This document shows positions 23,911 to 31,514 of a DNA stretch of 31,632 nt, one piece after another (position 1 is the first letter of the stretch; each line of letters begins with the position of its first letter). Origin of the DNA: a virus; the IMG/VR virus record IMGVR_UViG_3300045988_022658, positions 1-31,632 of that record. One strand, given 5' to 3'. The position numbers and the translations under genes were made by a program. A model generated the notes under the pieces. That model saw nothing but the letters and a program-made list of their open reading frames with translations. It was not told where the DNA came from and ran no database searches.

Positions 23911-24547
23911 TAAGCTGCTGGCAATTCAGGCAGAGCTCAAAGCCCCCAAAAACCAGCATAGTGTTTTCGGCAACTTTAACTATCGCAGTTGCGAGGATAT
24001 TCTGGAGGCAGTCAAGCCACTGTGTAAGGCGCACAATGCGCTGGTGATGATCTCCGACGAGCTGGAGTATATCAACGGCAGGTTTTACGTCAAGGCCGTG
24101 GCGACGTTTGCAGATGCCGAAACCGGTGGAAACGTGCATGTATCTGCATATGCAAGAGAGCCGGAAAACAAGAAGGGCATGGATGATTGCCAGCTTACTG
24201 GAGCGGCGTCAAGCTACGCGCGGAAGTATGCACTCAATGGGCTGTTTTGCATCGACGATGCAAAAGACCCCGACACTGACGCATATGGAAGACAGACCGG
24301 CAAGGGCGCCACCAAAAAGCAGCCCGATAATCAGCCGGACAAGCCCACACCCCCCGCTCCGCCCCCGGCTGTGGTCAAGTGCAAGGACTGTGGAAAGCCC
24401 ATTACTGATGTGACCTGGGCAAACGGCTCTAAAACCGGCGCCAAGACGATGGTCAACAAGACCATTCAGAAATACGGCGTGCCGCTCTGCGGTGACTGCT
24501 ACACCCTGAGGCGGGCGAAGGAGCAGACCGATGGAAACCAGAGCTGA
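23897..24547 (+). CDS. erf: ERF-family single-strand annealing protein with a C-terminal zinc ribbon
   Basis: KLLAIQAELKAPKNQHSVFGNFNYRSCEDILEAVKPLCKAHN...AASSYARKYALNGLFCIDD fits the ERF pattern. C-terminal CKDCG...CGDC. Confidence 0.75.
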   Translation: MGVYDKLLAIQAELKAPKNQHSVFGNFNYRSCEDILEAVKPLCKAHNALVMISDELEYINGRFYVKAVATFADAETGGNVHVSAYAREPENKKGMDDCQLTGAASSYARKYALNGLFCIDDAKDPDTDAYGRQTGKGATKKQPDNQPDKPTPPAPPPAVVKCKDCGKPITDVTWANGSKTGAKTMVNKTIQKYGVPLCGDCYTLRRAKEQTDGNQS

Positions 24548-25067
24548 CCGGATCAACTGGTCTATTGACCAGGATGGCACATGGCTGCACCTCCTGGTCA
24601 CGGACGGCCAGGAAGCCCGGGCATACGCCGAGAGCACGGACAAACCCCAGCGGGTCAAAATCACCCGCTGGCGGGACAAGCGGAGCCTATCCGCCAACGC
24701 CTACGCCTGGACGTTGTTGGGCAAGCTGTCTGCGGCGCTCCATCTCCCGCCTGAGGAGATATACCGTCAGCTGATCCCGGATGTTGGCGACAACTACACC
24801 ACCGTCACCGTTGACCTTGCGGGGCTGAGTAAGCTACGCGAGACATGGGGCAGTAACGGCAAAGGCTGGCTGGTTGACGTGATCGGGGCCGGGGCTAAAA
24901 CCGGCACGCTGGACGTGGCGCTCTACTATGGCAGCAGCGTCTACGACACCGCCCAGATGGCACGGCTCATTGACCTGATTATTTCCGAGTGCCGGGAAAA
25001 CGACATTGAATATTTACCACCGGATCGGCTGGCGGCAATGCTGGAGGATTGGCATGGGGAGCGTTAA
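24531..25067 (+). CDS. NinB-like recombination protein (tentative)
   Basis: RDKRSLSANAYAWTLLGKLS and GSSVYDTAQMARLIDLIISECRENDIE parallel the lambda NinB motifs R-S-L-x-Q-N...W..LG and G-x-S-T-S... Confidence 0.5.
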   Translation: METRADRINWSIDQDGTWLHLLVTDGQEARAYAESTDKPQRVKITRWRDKRSLSANAYAWTLLGKLSAALHLPPEEIYRQLIPDVGDNYTTVTVDLAGLSKLRETWGSNGKGWLVDVIGAGAKTGTLDVALYYGSSVYDTAQMARLIDLIISECRENDIEYLPPDRLAAMLEDWHGER

Positions 25068-25359
25068 AAAAGCAACCTCCATCCCGGCTGAGGTAAAAGA
25101 GGCAGTGCGGGAGCGGGACAACGGGCGTTGCATTATTTGCGGCGCACCGGGGAACCCCTGGTGCCACTACATCCCTCGCTCTGCTCTGGGGCTGGGCGTG
25201 GAGCAGAATATTGTGACGCTGTGTGACAGGTGCCACCGGCAGTATGACCAGAGCACATTACGACCCGCATACAAGCGGATCATTGAGGACTATTTGAGAG
25301 CCAGATATCCGGGCTGGAACCCGGACAGGCTGGTATACCACAAAGGAGAAAAAATATGA
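25054..25359 (+). CDS. HNH-type endonuclease
   Basis: RDNGRCIICGAPGNPWCHYIPRS...NIVTLCDRCHRQYD. RBS GGAGGA. Overlaps the upstream gene by 14 nt. Confidence 0.7.
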   Translation: MGSVKKATSIPAEVKEAVRERDNGRCIICGAPGNPWCHYIPRSALGLGVEQNIVTLCDRCHRQYDQSTLRPAYKRIIEDYLRARYPGWNPDRLVYHKGEKI

Positions 25360-26072
25360 ACATCAACGTATCGCAGATTGTCACAGAAAAACTTGCCCAG
25401 CTTGAAGCTGACGGCACCATCAAAAAGAAAATCGAGGAGGCTCTCGAAAAAACAATTACAGAGGCCATCATCTCAGAGTTGAGCAGTTACTCATTCCGGC
25501 GGGAGATTGCAAAGCAGCTGGAAGATGCCGTTTCCGGCGTCGCAGCTGGTTGCGGATTGGCTGCCTATAATGGGTACATTGCAGAAAAGTGCAAAGCTAT
25601 CGTTCAGGAGCACTTCACCACAGATATCGGTGCTAAGGTGGAAAAGAGCCTCAAGGATATCATGTTTGCAAAGCACGAGGGCGTCAAACTCTCTGACATA
25701 TTCAGGCGGTACCGGGAATGGGTGCTGCGCAATACAGATGAATCGGACAAGTACGACAGAGAAGAGTTTACCCACGAACTGGTAGAGCAGTGTGACGGTT
25801 GTTGGGAAAAGTATACCTGCCGATTTGCAGACCGGAAACTCTGCGGCTATGACAACCCGGACATCGAAATCAGATTTCTTAAATACGGTGACAATGATGA
25901 GTGCAGTATTTCTTTCCTGTATCTCAACGGGCACAACGTAAAAGAAACCTTTAAGGTTGGGACTATAACTGACTTTGAGGCATTCGTCCTCAATCTGTAT
26001 TATAACGACACCAAGATCATTCTGGACCCCGACAACGTGGATGAAGATCCGTGCTTTGACATCGACATTTGA
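25356..26072 (+). CDS. Hypothetical 238-aa protein
   Basis: RBS AAAGGAGA and ATGA coupling. No motif recognised. Confidence 0.65.
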   Translation: MNINVSQIVTEKLAQLEADGTIKKKIEEALEKTITEAIISELSSYSFRREIAKQLEDAVSGVAAGCGLAAYNGYIAEKCKAIVQEHFTTDIGAKVEKSLKDIMFAKHEGVKLSDIFRRYREWVLRNTDESDKYDREEFTHELVEQCDGCWEKYTCRFADRKLCGYDNPDIEIRFLKYGDNDECSISFLYLNGHNVKETFKVGTITDFEAFVLNLYYNDTKIILDPDNVDEDPCFDIDI

Positions 26073-26089
26073 GGAAGGGGAGCAACAAC

Positions 26090-26281
26090 ATGATGAATCA
26101 CATGGACAAGAAACTCTACACCCGCATGGAAGCGGCGGCATTGTTGAGCATCAGCACCGATACGTTGGACAAGCTCCGGTGTGCTGGTAAAATCAGATCG
26201 CGCTATATCGGCGCCAGAGTGTACATATCTTCGGACGAGCTGGCTGCCTTTGTACGGAGATTGGAGGACGGCAGATGCTGA
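26090..26281 (+). CDS. Small HTH (excisionase/MerR-like HTH_17) DNA-binding protein
   Basis: YTRMEAAALLSISTDTLDKLRCAGKIRSRYIGARVYISSDEL. The start is ambiguous (26090 or 26102). Confidence 0.65.
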   Translation: MMNHMDKKLYTRMEAAALLSISTDTLDKLRCAGKIRSRYIGARVYISSDELAAFVRRLEDGRC

Positions 26282-26667
26282 ACCACATCACACTGGCTGG
26301 GCGGCTTGTGGCCGACCCAGAGCTGAGACGGACGCAGAGCGGCATTGCGGTAGCATCCTTTAACCTGGCCGTGGATCAGGACTATAAGGCTCAGAATGGT
26401 GAGCGAGGCGTTGATTTTATCCCCATCGTAGCCTGGAGAGGGACGGCGGAATTTGCCGAGAAATACTTTGAAAAGGGCCAGATGGCGATTGTCTCCGGGC
26501 GGCTGTCTACCCGCCGTTACGAAGATAAGAACGGCAACAAGCGGACGGCCTATGAGGTTGTTGCCAGCAACATCTATTTTGCTGGGAGCAAGGCAAAGTC
26601 CAACACCGATGAAGCCCCGCAGAGATACGATGAACTGCTGGATGATGATCCTGATTTGCCCTTTTAA
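26275..26667 (+). CDS. ssb: Single-stranded DNA-binding protein
   Basis: MLNHITLAGRLVADPELRRTQSGIAVASFNLAV... is an OB-fold pattern, with the acidic tail DDDPDLPF. Confidence 0.9.
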   Translation: MLNHITLAGRLVADPELRRTQSGIAVASFNLAVDQDYKAQNGERGVDFIPIVAWRGTAEFAEKYFEKGQMAIVSGRLSTRRYEDKNGNKRTAYEVVASNIYFAGSKAKSNTDEAPQRYDELLDDDPDLPF

Positions 26668-26679
26668 GGAGATGTGACG

Positions 26680-27390
26680 ATGAGAGAGTACACCGCACTC
26701 CCGTATGAATACCTTGAGGAGATGGAGAGACTCAGCGACGCAGAGTACGGGCGGCTGATTCGGGCACTGCAAACATACAGCATCACCGGACAGGAGCCCG
26801 ACCTCAAGGGCGCTGAGGTAAACCATTGGATCAGGGTGAGAAATCGGGAAAACCGGTACCAGGCCAGCTTTGATGAGCAGGACAAAGCCAAAACTGACCG
26901 GGCAACAAAGGCAGCTCAAGCACGCTGGGGAAATGCTAAAAATGCTAATGCATGCGTAAGCACTTCAAGCAATGCTAAAAATGCCAAAACCAAAGCCAAT
27001 ACCGAAACCAAAACCAATACCAAAGCCAAGGATATCCCCCCTAAATCCCCTCAGGGGGACGCCTTCGGCGTGCTGGCTGGCGATGATAAGGCCCTTTCGG
27101 ATGCCTTGACCGCCTTTACGGCAATGCGCAAGCAGATCAAGGCCCCTATGACGGATCGGGCCAAGTCCATGATGGCGAAACGTCTTACCGAGCTATCCGG
27201 AGGGGATCACGCGTCCATGATTGCCATTCTGGATCAATCCACCGTCCACTGCTGGAAGGACGTGTACGAACTCAAGGGGCAACCCGTGAAGCCCGCTGGT
27301 CTCCCGGATGGAAAATTTACGCCCGGTGAAACCGAACGGGCCTCTGTCTCAGCACTGGCGCGGTACCGGGAACAGCTGAGGGAGGGATAA
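26680..27390 (+). CDS. Replisome organizer-like replication protein
   Basis: The N-terminal EYLEEMERLSDAEYGRLIRALQTY pattern matches phage replisome-organizer N-terminal domains. It has a low-complexity N/A/K/T linker. RBS AAGGAG; GTG 26674 is an alternative start. Confidence 0.6.
   Translation: MREYTALPYEYLEEMERLSDAEYGRLIRALQTYSITGQEPDLKGAEVNHWIRVRNRENRYQASFDEQDKAKTDRATKAAQARWGNAKNANACVSTSSNAKNAKTKANTETKTNTKAKDIPPKSPQGDAFGVLAGDDKALSDALTAFTAMRKQIKAPMTDRAKSMMAKRLTELSGGDHASMIAILDQSTVHCWKDVYELKGQPVKPAGLPDGKFTPGETERASVSALARYREQLREG
26932..27029 (+). repeat. Iteron-like direct repeats inside the replisome-organizer gene (candidate origin)
   Basis: AATGCTAAAAATGC occurs at 26932 and 26971. AATGC occurs 5 times. 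ACCAAAGCCAA occurs at 26989 and 27019. CCAATACC occurs at 26996 and 27014. Confidence 0.45.
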
Positions 27391-27392
27391 CC

Positions 27393-27905
27393 ATGCAAGC
27401 AAAACGGAGCTGTAAAACCTGCGTCTGGAGGCTTTCAAACGCAGGCAACAGCAAGGAATATCATTGCGGCTACTCCCTCTGTCTCACCCATCACAGCCGG
27501 ATATGGCTGCACTACCAGCGCACCGGGCGTGAGAGCCTGGAGGGCATGACCTTTGATACCAACTGCACCGAGTGGATGCACGGCAACCCCCGGGCCAAGT
27601 TGTCCTTGTTGCAGGACAACCCCGGCGCCGTCACGGCGGAAGCGTGGGCGCTGCTGGCCCAGGAGATGGGCAAACCCATTAAGCCTGAGAAGGTCAGCCG
27701 GAAGCCCTACGCCCTGACAGCGGATTTGGATATGGACAAGGCTTACGCTCTGAAACGGGAGCACACGTGGATAGAGATTGCTGACGCCGCGGGGCTCAGT
27801 CTCAACGGAACCAAAGGCAGTTGGCAGAGACATCGGATCAACAGACAGGCAGCCAAACGGCTGTTGGACGCTTATGGCGTCGATATCACAAAAGGAGGCA
27901 TATAA
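27393..27905 (+). CDS. Hypothetical protein with an N-terminal Cys/His cluster
   Basis: 170 aa, RBS GAGGGAGG. Contains CKTCVWR...HCGYSLCLTHH. Confidence 0.6.
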   Translation: MQAKRSCKTCVWRLSNAGNSKEYHCGYSLCLTHHSRIWLHYQRTGRESLEGMTFDTNCTEWMHGNPRAKLSLLQDNPGAVTAEAWALLAQEMGKPIKPEKVSRKPYALTADLDMDKAYALKREHTWIEIADAAGLSLNGTKGSWQRHRINRQAAKRLLDAYGVDITKGGI

Positions 27906-28216
27906 TGGCTGATTACATTGACCGTCAGGCCGCAATCGCGGCACTGAGGGAATTTGCGGAGGAGTGCAAGGGCAGTACGGAGGCCGCAACTGCGGCGGCT
28001 ATGGCGATTTCGGTGATTTCGAAGCTACCGTCTCCGTGGGCAGATGTGGAGGTGCAGCCTACACCCGGCGGGAAAGACGTACTGCTTGCCATCGGGCAAA
28101 CGGATGTTTTTATGGGGTATCGTGTCGGAGGGCAGTATTACGATAGTGAGTGCTGCGGGACGTATGGGGTGACTCATTGGATGGATAAGCCGGATGCGCC
28201 AGAGGTGGAGAAATGA
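27905..28216 (+). CDS. DUF551-like protein
   Basis: TAATG coupling. The C-terminal GVTHWMDKPDAPE matches the VTHWMPLP signature. Confidence 0.6.
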   Translation: MADYIDRQAAIAALREFAEECKGSTEAATAAAMAISVISKLPSPWADVEVQPTPGGKDVLLAIGQTDVFMGYRVGGQYYDSECCGTYGVTHWMDKPDAPEVEK

Positions 28217-28356
28217 GCTACACTGAGGCATTGCACATTGTAACCGATTACTCAACTGCACTGAGCATGGGCTATGCGCTGGATAAAGACTGCTGCCTTG
28301 AGTACGCTGAAGCGTTGCGGATCGTGCTCCAGCGGGCGGAACAGGAGACAATATGA
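28213..28356 (+). CDS. 47-aa hypothetical protein
   Basis: Not in the ORF track because it is under 60 aa. ATGA overlaps at both ends link it to its neighbours. Confidence 0.45.
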   Translation: MSYTEALHIVTDYSTALSMGYALDKDCCLEYAEALRIVLQRAEQETI

Positions 28357-29231
28357 GCGAATGGTATGACGAGAGCCTTGACAGGCTTAGGACGGCGGCA
28401 CGGCTGTCAGAACAGTATTATAAAAAGCCTCTGGTTGTGACCACTTCCGGCGGCAAAGACAGCTCTGTATGTGTTGATTTGGCTATCAAGGCTGGGATCA
28501 ATTTTGAGGTACTCCATAATCACACCACGGCAGACGCTCCGGAGACAGTCCGATTTGTCAGGGACGAGTTCCGGCGGCTGGAGCTGATGGGGATTAAATG
28601 CACGATCAACTGGCCCATGTACAAGGGGCAGCGCACATCCATGTGGGATTTGATTCCACAGACGCGCATGCCGCCTACACGGCCGGTGAGGTACTGCTGT
28701 GCGGTGCTTAAAGAGCACGGCGGCACTGGGAGATTTATCACCACAGGGGTACGCTGGGCAGAATCCACCGCCCGAAAGAACAACCGAGGAGCGTTTGAGC
28801 GAAGCCACCGAAACAAGGAGAAACGGATCATCATCAACGACAATGACCCGGATCGGCTGCTGTTTGAAAATTGCTCAATCAAAGCGAAACGGGTTTGCAA
28901 TCCAATAATTGACTGGGAGGACGAAGACGTTTGGCACTACATTGAGGAAAACCATGTGCCGGTGAATCCACTATATGCGGAGGGATTTAACAGGGTTGGA
29001 TGCATCGGGTGTCCGCTAGCCGGGAAACGCAAACGCGAGGCCGAATTTGAGCGGTGGCCGAAATACAAGACGGCGTATATCTTAGCATTTGACAGGATGC
29101 TGGAGGGGCGGAAACGGCGCTGGCAATCTCAAAATGATTGGCTAACCGGAACCGATGTGTTTAACTGGTGGATGGAGTACGATGTGCTGCCGGGGCAAAT
29201 GGAAATGGAGGATGTGCTATGTGAGTCTTGA
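28353..29231 (+). CDS. PAPS-reductase / DndC-like PP-loop ATP pyrophosphatase family protein
   Basis: PP-loop motif VVTTSGGKDSSV. C-terminal NRVGCIGCPLAGKRKRE Cys motif as in DndC/IbrA-type proteins. Confidence 0.75.
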   Translation: MSEWYDESLDRLRTAARLSEQYYKKPLVVTTSGGKDSSVCVDLAIKAGINFEVLHNHTTADAPETVRFVRDEFRRLELMGIKCTINWPMYKGQRTSMWDLIPQTRMPPTRPVRYCCAVLKEHGGTGRFITTGVRWAESTARKNNRGAFERSHRNKEKRIIINDNDPDRLLFENCSIKAKRVCNPIIDWEDEDVWHYIEENHVPVNPLYAEGFNRVGCIGCPLAGKRKREAEFERWPKYKTAYILAFDRMLEGRKRRWQSQNDWLTGTDVFNWWMEYDVLPGQMEMEDVLCES

Positions 29232-29370
29232 TAGCCTGTGAAGAATCCCAGACCGAGTGCATGGCATTCCGGACACTGGGACATGAGGCGTACAGCTGCG
29301 ATATACAGGAGCCAAGCGGCGGACACTCTGAGTGGCATATCCTTGGGGGATGCGCTGGGGAGGAAAGAAA

Positions 29371-29616
29371 ATGACCATCACAACAATCATCCAGTTTGCG
29401 CTGCTTGTGGCAATCTTCGCTGCGGCGCTGGGCATTGCATATCTCTACGGGAAAGAATCAGCCCTGAAGGTGCATCTTCGTGTCCTCGACACACTCCAGC
29501 AGGAGGTTAATGGCGGAGATCACCCGGACGCATGGTACTCCGGAGCGATTTGGGTGTTTCGGCAAATCAATGATGAGTGGGACCGCGTCACATTTACTTG
29601 GCGGAGCCTGCTATGA
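29371..29616 (+). CDS. Small membrane-anchored hypothetical protein
   Basis: ATG 29371 follows GGGGAGGAAAG. N-terminal TM segment TITTIIQFALLVAIFAAALGIAYL. Confidence 0.55.
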   Translation: MTITTIIQFALLVAIFAAALGIAYLYGKESALKVHLRVLDTLQQEVNGGDHPDAWYSGAIWVFRQINDEWDRVTFTWRSLL

Positions 29617-29813
29617 AATGGGTTAGCCCATGGAGGAAAATGCACATGAAAGAAAATCCTGATGCCAACGCTATCTTGAACAACATTGGTGCCCTCGCTG
29701 AGATCGCTGGATTTATGCGGGATCAGCTGGTGACGCGGGGCTTTACCCGAGAAGAAGCAGTAGCTATCGTGGATCATTACATTTGCGCAACGTGCGCAGG
29801 TCAGAAATCATGA
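29613..29813 (+). CDS. Small hypothetical protein
   Basis: ATGA coupling at 29613. An alternative start, ATG 29646, lies 9 nt after GGAGG. Confidence 0.5.
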   Translation: MKWVSPWRKMHMKENPDANAILNNIGALAEIAGFMRDQLVTRGFTREEAVAIVDHYICATCAGQKS

Positions 29814-30574
29814 AGAAACTCAAAACAATGCGTGCAGGTCGGCTGGTGCGCAGCGTCGTGTACACTGCGCCCTCCCGTCAGCCGGAAAGCCCGAAGCCCC
29901 GTGGCCCGCGGCGGCAGATCAGCACAGAAGCCCAGGCAAGGTTTAATCTCTCAAAGTCTACGGACAAATTGGAAATGCTGATCGCGTTGAATTTTCCCAG
30001 CGGATTTTGGTGGGTCACTCTTACATATGATGATGCCCATCTACCGGAGGATCGCAAGGCTGCCGGACAGATCATGCGGAAATACATCCGGAAACTGCGG
30101 GCCGCCTGGAAGCTCAAGGGCAAGACCCCACTCTATATATATTGTACCCAGCAGGTGCAGGACGATGGCAGCCTCCGGCTGCACCACCACATGGTTCTGT
30201 CCGCTGCCGACGGTGGCAAGGATGATTTTGACACCATCCGGGCGCTTTGGACATACGGATCTAATATTTATATAGAGTGGCAAGACGACGATCAGTCTGT
30301 GACCGACAAAGCCACCTACATGACCCATGAGCCACGGGACCATGGCAAACCCCGTCCGGGGGAACAAACCTGGACCCCATGCCGGGGGCTGAAACGTCCG
30401 GAAGTCGAGACCATTGATGTGCCCGATGAGGTGACTCTGGAGGCACCGGCTGGAGCCGTGACCATTGAGCGGGATGGTACGCGGAACGAGTGGGGAGAGT
30501 TCGCATTTATTAAATACTGGCTGCCAAAACCAGGCCAGTTATACGGTCCGCATTTTAATTCTGGGGGGAGGTAG
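29810..30574 (+). CDS. HUH-superfamily rolling-circle replication initiator-like protein
   Basis: Motif 1 is FWWVTLTYDDAHLP, motif 2 is LRLHHHMVL, and the candidate catalytic Tyr lies in DKATYMTHE. ATGA coupling. Confidence 0.65.
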   Translation: MKKLKTMRAGRLVRSVVYTAPSRQPESPKPRGPRRQISTEAQARFNLSKSTDKLEMLIALNFPSGFWWVTLTYDDAHLPEDRKAAGQIMRKYIRKLRAAWKLKGKTPLYIYCTQQVQDDGSLRLHHHMVLSAADGGKDDFDTIRALWTYGSNIYIEWQDDDQSVTDKATYMTHEPRDHGKPRPGEQTWTPCRGLKRPEVETIDVPDEVTLEAPAGAVTIERDGTRNEWGEFAFIKYWLPKPGQLYGPHFNSGGR

Positions 30575-30580
30575 TAACGA

Positions 30581-31024
30581 ATGAACAGCGTAGATAATAA
30601 AGACCCAAGGGAGATTTTGCGGCGTACACTGCACATCGATCAGGAGATCAAAGCCCTCCAGCAGGAGCAGGCACAGCTGGAGGAAAGCCTTAGCTCCCTC
30701 CAGAGTTTTGACTACCAGAAACCCATCGTGCAGTCCTCCGGCGGAAGGGGCAGCGTGGAAGCCCTTGCAATCCAGGTTGCTGACGGCAAGAACAGAATCG
30801 CGCAGAGAATCAGTCAGCTGATTGCTGCCAAGGAGGAAGCCCGGGAGCTGATTGCAAAACTACCGGATGGGCCGGAACATAACGTGCTGGTGCAGCGGTA
30901 CATTTTGCTGCACAGCTGGGAGCAGACGGCGGTGGAGCTGGGGTATAGCTATCGGCATGTGACCCGGCTGCACGGCGAAGCTTTGCGGCAGCTGCGTGAA
31001 ATCATGTCCTTGAATGTCCCATAG
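30581..31024 (+). CDS. Sigma-70 region-4-like / DUF1492-type phage transcriptional regulator (probable late activator)
   Basis: C-terminal HTH VLVQRYILLHSWEQTAVELGYSYRHVTRLHGEALRQL. Lies just upstream of the packaging genes. Confidence 0.6.
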   Translation: MNSVDNKDPREILRRTLHIDQEIKALQQEQAQLEESLSSLQSFDYQKPIVQSSGGRGSVEALAIQVADGKNRIAQRISQLIAAKEEARELIAKLPDGPEHNVLVQRYILLHSWEQTAVELGYSYRHVTRLHGEALRQLREIMSLNVP

Positions 31025-31062
31025 CCCCTGTGTTATCTTGTATTCTGGAAAGAGTGAAAGAA

Positions 31063-31401
31063 ATGAACAATCCCAGATATGCAAACGGCGCACTGAGACG
31101 AAAGCACCGCGCCCGGCTGAAAGCTCAGGGCGGCGAGTGTGGGATATGCCGCGGCAGGTTTGGACCAATCCGCTACGATGAGCCGTCCGATGCAAAGCAC
31201 CCATGGAGCTTCGTGGTGGATGAGATTCGCCCTGTCTCCAGGTGGCGAGAGTTCGGTTATTCGTCAGCTCGTGCAGCTGCGGAGGATTTCAGCAACCTGC
31301 AAGCTGCGCATTACTGGTGCAACCAGCAGAAGGGCGCAAAGCTTGGCGACATTTTCGCCAAACCAAAACGATTGCCGACCATGACAGACGGCGAGTGGTA
31401 G
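31063..31401 (+). CDS. HNH endonuclease (packaging-associated)
   Basis: CGICRGRF...VVDEIRPVSRW...NLQAAHYWCNQQKG. Lies immediately upstream of terS. Confidence 0.75.
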   Translation: MNNPRYANGALRRKHRARLKAQGGECGICRGRFGPIRYDEPSDAKHPWSFVVDEIRPVSRWREFGYSSARAAAEDFSNLQAAHYWCNQQKGAKLGDIFAKPKRLPTMTDGEW

Positions 31402-31514
31402 GGGAGGGACCCCCCACCCGGCGGCGAGGCGAGACCACGCCGTCCAGCGCTGATTTACCCCCGAGGGATAGCCCCAGGAGGGGGTGGTCAATCCGGAGAA
31501 AGGAGGAATGCCGG
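31402..31514. other. GC-rich non-coding spacer; candidate cos / terminase recognition region
   Basis: Contains the C/G tracts GGGGAGGGACCCCCCACCC and CCCCAGGAGGGGGTGGTC between the HNH gene and terS. Call is based on position only. Confidence 0.3.

Noticed and set aside
25491-27989. Minus-strand ORFs 25491-26141, 26203-26919 and 27435-27989 in the early region
   Set aside because: They are antisense shadows of coupled + strand genes, including ssb and the replisome organizer, and have no translation signals.
29238-29510. 90-aa ORF in the gap after the PAPS-reductase-like gene
   Set aside because: It has no SD and overlaps the better-supported 29371 ORF in another frame. The 139-nt gap 29232-29370 is left as unexplained non-coding sequence, with only a weak GGACACT duplicate.
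31402-31514. Reading the C-tract/G-tract pair as a clean hairpin terminator
   Set aside because: The two tracts are only imperfectly complementary and are separated by about 75 nt with no U-tract. The region is kept only as a positional cos candidate.
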